Shown one piece after another: positions 59,395 through 64,000 of a stretch of DNA of 64,000 nucleotides. Under the pieces are notes generated by a model. The model did no database searches and was not told the DNA's origin. It saw only the letters and a list, made by a program, of their open reading frames with translations. Source of the stretch: an uncultured Actinomycetes bacterium (GTDB taxonomy: Bacteria > Actinomycetota > Thermoleophilia > UBA2241). The translations under genes were made by a program, and so were the position numbers. The stretch covers positions 32,001 to 96,000 of the forward strand of contig CAVPVX010000001.1 of assembly GCA_963709345.1 (NCBI GenBank), read 5' to 3'. Within the stretch, counting starts at the first letter, position 1. Each line of letters starts with the position of its first letter.

Positions 59395-60258
59395 ATGTAC
59401 TTCGGCGCGCACGTGAAGTCGTCGGGCGGCGTCTGGCACGCGATCGAGAACGGGGTCGAGATCGGCTGCGAAGCGGTGCAGTTCTTCGCCGGAAGCCCGC
59501 GCACCTGGGCGCCGACCGTGTACAAGGAGGCGGACGCGGCGCAGTTCCGTGAGGCGCGCGCCGCGTCGCCGATCCGCTTCGTCCTCATCCACACGATCTA
59601 CCTGATCAACCTGGCCAGCGCCAAAGAGGACTTCTACGAGAAGTCGGTCACGTCGCTCTGCGGCGCGCTCGCGGCGGCCGACCAGCTCGGCGCCGACGCG
59701 ATCGTGACGCACATCGGCTCGCACCAGGGCGCCGGCTTCGAGGCCGGTCTTGAGCGCGTGCAGGCGGGGCTGCGGCACGCCCTGGACGAGAGCGAGGGTT
59801 CGGCCGTCCGCCTGTTGCTCGAGAACACGGCGGGCGCCGGCGGCACCATGGGCATCGACTTCGAGGAGCTGGGCGCGATCATCGCCGCCGCCGGCGCCGA
59901 CCCGCGGCTCGGCATCTGCCTGGACACGGCGCACCTGTTCGAGTCCGGCGCCGACATCCGCACGGCCGCAGGGCTGGCCGAGACGCTGACGCGTCTCGAC
60001 GCCGCCTGCGGCCGCGAGCGCCTCGCGGCGCTGCACCTCAACGACTCCAAGACCGCGCTCGGCTCCAATCGCGACCGGCACGAGAACATCGGCGACGGCG
60101 ACCTCGGCGAAGAGGGCTTCCGCTTGATCGTGAACGAACCGGCTTTCTCCGATCTGCCCGGCATCCTCGAAGTCCCGGGGCTGGACGGCACGGGTCCGGA
60201 TCGCGAGAACCTCGCCCGGCTCCGCCGGCTGGCCGGCGGGCGGGCCGGCCCGGCGTGA
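59395..60258 (+). CDS. nfo: Endonuclease IV
   Basis: GAHV, HTIYLINLAS, LLENTAG, CLDTAH, HLNDSK, DRHENIG. Confidence 0.95.
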   Translation: MYFGAHVKSSGGVWHAIENGVEIGCEAVQFFAGSPRTWAPTVYKEADAAQFREARAASPIRFVLIHTIYLINLASAKEDFYEKSVTSLCGALAAADQLGADAIVTHIGSHQGAGFEAGLERVQAGLRHALDESEGSAVRLLLENTAGAGGTMGIDFEELGAIIAAAGADPRLGICLDTAHLFESGADIRTAAGLAETLTRLDAACGRERLAALHLNDSKTALGSNRDRHENIGDGDLGEEGFRLIVNEPAFSDLPGILEVPGLDGTGPDRENLARLRRLAGGRAGPA

Positions 60259-60439
60259 CACGGCGGGCGGTGATCGTCACCGGCGCGGAAGACGCCACCA
60301 CGGCGCATGCCCCGGGCGACGCCTTCGCCACCACCGGCGCCGCGCGGGCCAACGATGCCTGAGAGACCCGGGGCGAGCGCGGGTATACTCGGCGTGCGCC
60401 GCGCACGCGGCGCCGAGACCCGGACCGCGAGGTGACGCC

Positions 60440-60676
60440 ATGGAGCTCGTGACCGTGACCACCGTCAATGACGCAGGGTTGGCCAACGTGGTCAGAGGAG
60501 TGCTCGAACAAGCCGGCATCGAAGCCGTCGTCGGAGGCACCGGCATGGAGGGCGTGTATCCCACGCCGTCGGTCAACCCGCTCCAGATCCTGGTGAGCGA
60601 GGACGACCTTGCGAGGGCGCGTGACGTGCTCGCCCAGTACGAGACGACGCCGGACGACGAGAGCGACGAGGAGTAG
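60440..60676 (+). CDS. DUF2007 family small protein
   Basis: ANVVRGVLEQAGIEA..ILVSEDDLARAR. Confidence 0.75.
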   Translation: MELVTVTTVNDAGLANVVRGVLEQAGIEAVVGGTGMEGVYPTPSVNPLQILVSEDDLARARDVLAQYETTPDDESDEE

Positions 60677-60754
60677 CCCGGCCGCGTCTGCTATCATGTG
60701 CCTGTTTGCAGCGTGTTTTCGGCCCTGCGGGGCGTTCCTGACACGGGAGTAACG

Positions 60755-62423
60755 ATGTTCGGACGCATCTTCGGACGGGGCAAGGACGACCAGGACCAGG
60801 CCGTCTGCGCCGACTGTGGTCGCACCCTTCTCGCCGGCGAGTGGACCCAGACGGTCGTCGGCGACGACGGTGAAGAGCTCCTGATCTGCTCCCTGTGCGG
60901 GCAGGCACACGCACGGGGAGGCGGCGACGCCCTGACGGGCGGAGCCATGCCGGCCAACAGCGGTCGGGTCCGCCAGTCGCGCAGCGAGGCAGCGCCCGTC
61001 GAGCCGGCGCCGCTCGTCGCCGAGCCGGCCCCCCGCGACCAGCGCGCCGAGAGCGACGCGTTCTGGCAGGCGCTCAAGGACAAGGACGCCGAGATCGAGC
61101 GCCTCCAGGCGCAACTCGCGCGCGCGGAAGCCGAGCGCCAGGAGCTGGCCGGGCGCTTCGCGCGACTCGGCAGCGCCGCGCCCGACGCACACGAAGCCGA
61201 GCCGGACGCGTACGCGCCGGCCGCCGCGCCCGAGGTGGAGCCGCCGAGCGCGCTCACCGGCGACTCCTCCGAGCCCGGGGAGCGCACCTGGGGCGAGACA
61301 CCGGCTGAGTTCGCCGCCGAGATGGCGGCGCTTCGCGAGACCGAAGCCGCAGCCGCCGGCGTCGCGGCTGTACCCGCGGTCGCGCCCGCCGCTGCCGCAC
61401 CTGCAGAGCCGGTGATCGAGCAGTCGGTGGCCGAGCGGCCGAGCGCCGAGCCGGTGCTCGGCAGCACACCTGCGCCCGTGGATCCATTGGAGGAGCCGGG
61501 GTTCGCCGCCGAGGCCGGCGCGCCGGCCGGCGCGCCGGCACACGCGGCCCCCGAAGAGCCCGCCGCGGTCCCCGTTCCGGCGCCGGACGCTGCGGCGCCG
61601 GCATCCGTCTTCGAAGACACGCAGCCGATACCGGAGCTCGACGAGGAGTCGCCGCCGAACGAGGACGCGAGCACCGGGGAGATCACCGGCCCCGTGGTCG
61701 CCGCGGCCGTCGCCGCCGCTGCCGTCGCGGTCGCGCCGCACGAGCCCGTCCCTGTGGCGCCGCGGGAGACTCCGGCGCCCGCAGCCGCTCCGGCCGCAGC
61801 GGACGTCCCGGCCGACGCCGTCGTCCCGGCAGGCCCCGCCGAAGCCGAAGCCGAAGCCGAAGGCCGAGGCCGCGGCAGCCTCTCTCACTCTGCTCCAGCG
61901 CGGCGTCGACCTTCTCAACGTCAGCCGCGTGCCCCGTAAGATCGCCGAGACCAACGAGCAGCTCGGGCTGCCGCACGTCCACGTCGGCTTCGACGGCGGC
62001 ATCGTCGCCATCACCTTCCTGTGGACGATGGGCTGGTACCGCTTCCACGTCGACATCGACAGCGGTGACGTCTCGATGAGCGACCGTGGCTACGAGGAGC
62101 GTGCCGACCTGCGGCCGAACGCCGGCGTTCGCGCCGACGGAACCGTCCAGCTCGCCCCGGCGCAGATCAGCCGGGCGGCCGCGCACCGCGCCGACAGCAC
62201 CCCGGCGCCCGCCGCCACTCCAGCGGCGCCCGCCGCCGAGAGCGAGCGGACCGATGAGGAGCCACCCGCCGCAGCTCCGGCGCCCGCGGCGCCGGAGTCC
62301 CCGCGGGTCGCGGCGCAGAAGCCACCCGAGATCCTCAGCAAGTCGCTGCTGGGGCAGCGAAGCGACGACGAGACGGCGTCTTGGGAGCAGACCAAGGCGC
62401 GCGACTTCGACTGGGACCGCTGA
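60755..62423 (+). CDS. Zn-finger / coiled-coil / acidic low-complexity protein (frameshift near 61862)
   Basis: CADCGRTLLAGE..CSLC; Ala-Pro-Glu linker; removing one A joins EAAAASLTLLQRGVD..WTMGWYRFHVD. Confidence 0.7.
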
Positions 62424-62465
62424 GACCGGAGTAGACGGCCGCCGGCCGCTCCGGCAGCGCCAACG

Positions 62466-62507
62466 AGAAACCCCGGGCGGCGCCTCGCGGCGCCGCCCGG
62501 GGTTTCT
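62466..62507. terminator. Bidirectional intrinsic terminator
   Basis: AGAAACCCCGGGCGGCGCC-TCGC-GGCGCCGCCCGGGGTTTCT. Confidence 0.8.
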
Positions 62508-62546
62508 TCTTCGGGCCGCCGCCGGAGCGGCCGCCTCACGATCCGT

Positions 62547-63542
62547 TCAGAAGCTCATGTCCGAGCCGCCCATCATCCCGCCGAACATCTGCTCCATGAG
62601 CTTGTCGAAGGACTGGGCCTTGGCGGGCGGCGTCACGGTCACCGGCTCGTCGAAGTCGGCCATCGTGACGGTGCCCTTCATCGACATGCCGTCGACGCCC
62701 TCCATGTCCTTCTGACCTGCCGTGTCGAGCCCGGCGGAGAACTCGGCCTTGTACATGAGCATGTCGTCGACGCCGATCCAGTAGTCGACCGACGTCTCTT
62801 TGAGACTCTTTCCGAGCTCCGCGGCCTCCTCCTTGCTCTGTTCGAGACCCTGCGTGATCTGCCCGAGCTCGCTGTCCGCACCGCCGAGCTTGTCCGCGAG
62901 ACCCGGATCCTCGGCGGCCTTCATGAGCGCGTCGGCGAGCTTCTGCGGATCGGCGACCGCCGTGAGGTGGTACACCTGAACGCCGCCCAGATCCTCGGTG
63001 CCGACGAGCTCGTAGGTCGTGCCCCACTCGGCGGGGTCGAGGCCGAAGCTCTTGAGCTGCTCGGTCGGAGCCGCTCCCATCTGCGCCTGATCGTCGAGGC
63101 TCTTGGCGTTGTCGCTGTCCAGCGCGTACCAGGTGCCGTCGTACTCGATCCAGGACTTGTCGCCCTGGCTCATCATCCCGAATTCGAGATTCTGCCCGGC
63201 CAGCCCGACGCTCATCGACATGTCGACGGCGGTGGGATCGTTGGCGCTCTTGCCCTCGGCGTGCAGCGAGACGCCGTCGGTCAGCATCGCCTTCGCGGTG
63301 GGGTCGGTCATCTTGCTCTCGTCGCCCTGGATCTGCAGTGCGAAGTCGGCGGTGAAGGAACCGCTCTGGACCGCCGCCATCTTGGCTTCGCTCTCCTTGA
63401 CGATCTGGTCGGCGGACATGTCGGCCGTCGCCGCGGGTGATTCCGCACCTGACGACGACTCGCCGCCACACCCCACGACGGCCAGGGCCAGCGCGAGCAC
63501 AAGGACCAGCACGACCCACGATCTCAGAACTGAACGGCGCAT
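62547..63542 (-). CDS. Lipoprotein, LppX/LprAFG-like fold possible
   Basis: MRRS-hydrophobic-AVVGC lipobox; C-terminal DFDEPVTVTPP. Confidence 0.7.
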   Translation of the reverse strand: MRRSVLRSWVVLVLVLALALAVVGCGGESSSGAESPAATADMSADQIVKESEAKMAAVQSGSFTADFALQIQGDESKMTDPTAKAMLTDGVSLHAEGKSANDPTAVDMSMSVGLAGQNLEFGMMSQGDKSWIEYDGTWYALDSDNAKSLDDQAQMGAAPTEQLKSFGLDPAEWGTTYELVGTEDLGGVQVYHLTAVADPQKLADALMKAAEDPGLADKLGGADSELGQITQGLEQSKEEAAELGKSLKETSVDYWIGVDDMLMYKAEFSAGLDTAGQKDMEGVDGMSMKGTVTMADFDEPVTVTPPAKAQSFDKLMEQMFGGMMGGSDMSF

Positions 63543-63605
63543 CGGAAATTCCTCTCTCTCGACTGTCCTCGTACCATGGCACGCCGACTCGGTGCCCACT
63601 GCTCC

Positions 63606-63633
63606 TATTCGGCCGGGCGACGCAGACCCTTTA
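63606..63633 (-). promoter_or_regulatory. Sigma28 (FliA/WhiG)-type promoter
   Basis: TAAA-N16-GCCGAATA upstream of the lipoprotein. Confidence 0.5.
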
Positions 63634-63654
63634 AGGCAAGGCCGGCCATCCGGT

Positions 63655-64000
63655 TCAACCGGCCGGCTTCTTGGGCGACACGACGACGGCGCGGAAGGGC
63701 TCGTTACCCTCCGAGACCGTCTCCACGCGCGCGTGGTCCTTGAGGTGAAGGTGGATGACCTTGCGCTCCGCCGCGGACATCGGCTTGAGCGCGATGCTCG
63801 CCGACTCGCGGGCGACCTTCTGGGCGGTGCGGTCGGCCAGCGCCGTGAGCGCCGCCGCGCGCCGGTCCCTGTACCCTTCCGCATCCACGATGACCTGACG
63901 GCGCTCGCGTCGGTCGCGGTTGACGACGATGGCTGAGATGTACTGCAGGGCGTCGATGGTGGCGCCGTGACGCCCGATGAGAAGACCGAGATCGTCGCCG
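63655..64000 (-). CDS. jag: RNA-binding protein Jag/KhpB/EloR, C-terminal part
   Basis: GDDLGLLIGRHGATIDALQY KH motif; DAEGYR; PMSAAERKVIH R3H; SEG.EP.R. Confidence 0.93.
   Translation of the reverse strand, partial: GDDLGLLIGRHGATIDALQYISAIVVNRDRRERRQVIVDAEGYRDRRAAALTALADRTAQKVARESASIALKPMSAAERKVIHLHLKDHARVETVSEGNEPFRAVVVSPKKPAG

Noticed and set aside
56761-60261. 1166-aa minus-strand ORF and other long antisense ORFs (e.g. 42476-45373, 35605-37455, 20703-22820 extension)
   Set aside because: Shadow frames of high-GC genes on the opposite strand; Arg/Ala/Pro-rich with no family motifs.

Overview
High-GC actinobacterial chromosome segment; the protein families suggest class Thermoleophilia (inference). 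The jag/khpB gene at the right edge suggests the replication origin may lie nearby. Bases 1-20.6 kb are accessory. They hold a GAF/PAS-PAS histidine kinase with a NarL/LuxR regulator, and three copies of a conserved ~70-bp promoter/operator. These copies face (i) a debranching-enzyme/SCP2/glucose dehydrogenase/gluconolactonase operon, (ii) a cation:proton antiporter and (iii) a rhodanese plus DszB-like pair. A run of poorly characterised membrane genes follows. Bases 21.8-25.8 kb carry the most interesting unit: purM in an operon with a PfkB kinase, a divergent PurN-like formyltransferase lacking the canonical phosphate-binding loop, and a COG4030/EhaR-like HAD phosphatase. I propose this as a possible dephosphorylate-formylate-rephosphorylate route to FGAR. 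Further right are a TetR-controlled B12-binding radical SAM gene, a PadR/flavodoxin operon, tag, MscS, DedA, purH, tRNA-Lys(TTT) with an integrase-less 1.7-kb AbiE islet bounded by a copy of the tRNA 3' end, tRNA-Glu(TTC), PFOR plus a DHOD-like gene, an ABC-2 exporter, vapBC, an AsnB-CofE-like fusion, a CocE/NonD hydrolase, nfo and a lipoprotein. About seven single-base frameshifts look like long-read errors. No CRISPR array, rRNA, integrase or transposase was seen. All family calls are by motif recognition, not database search.
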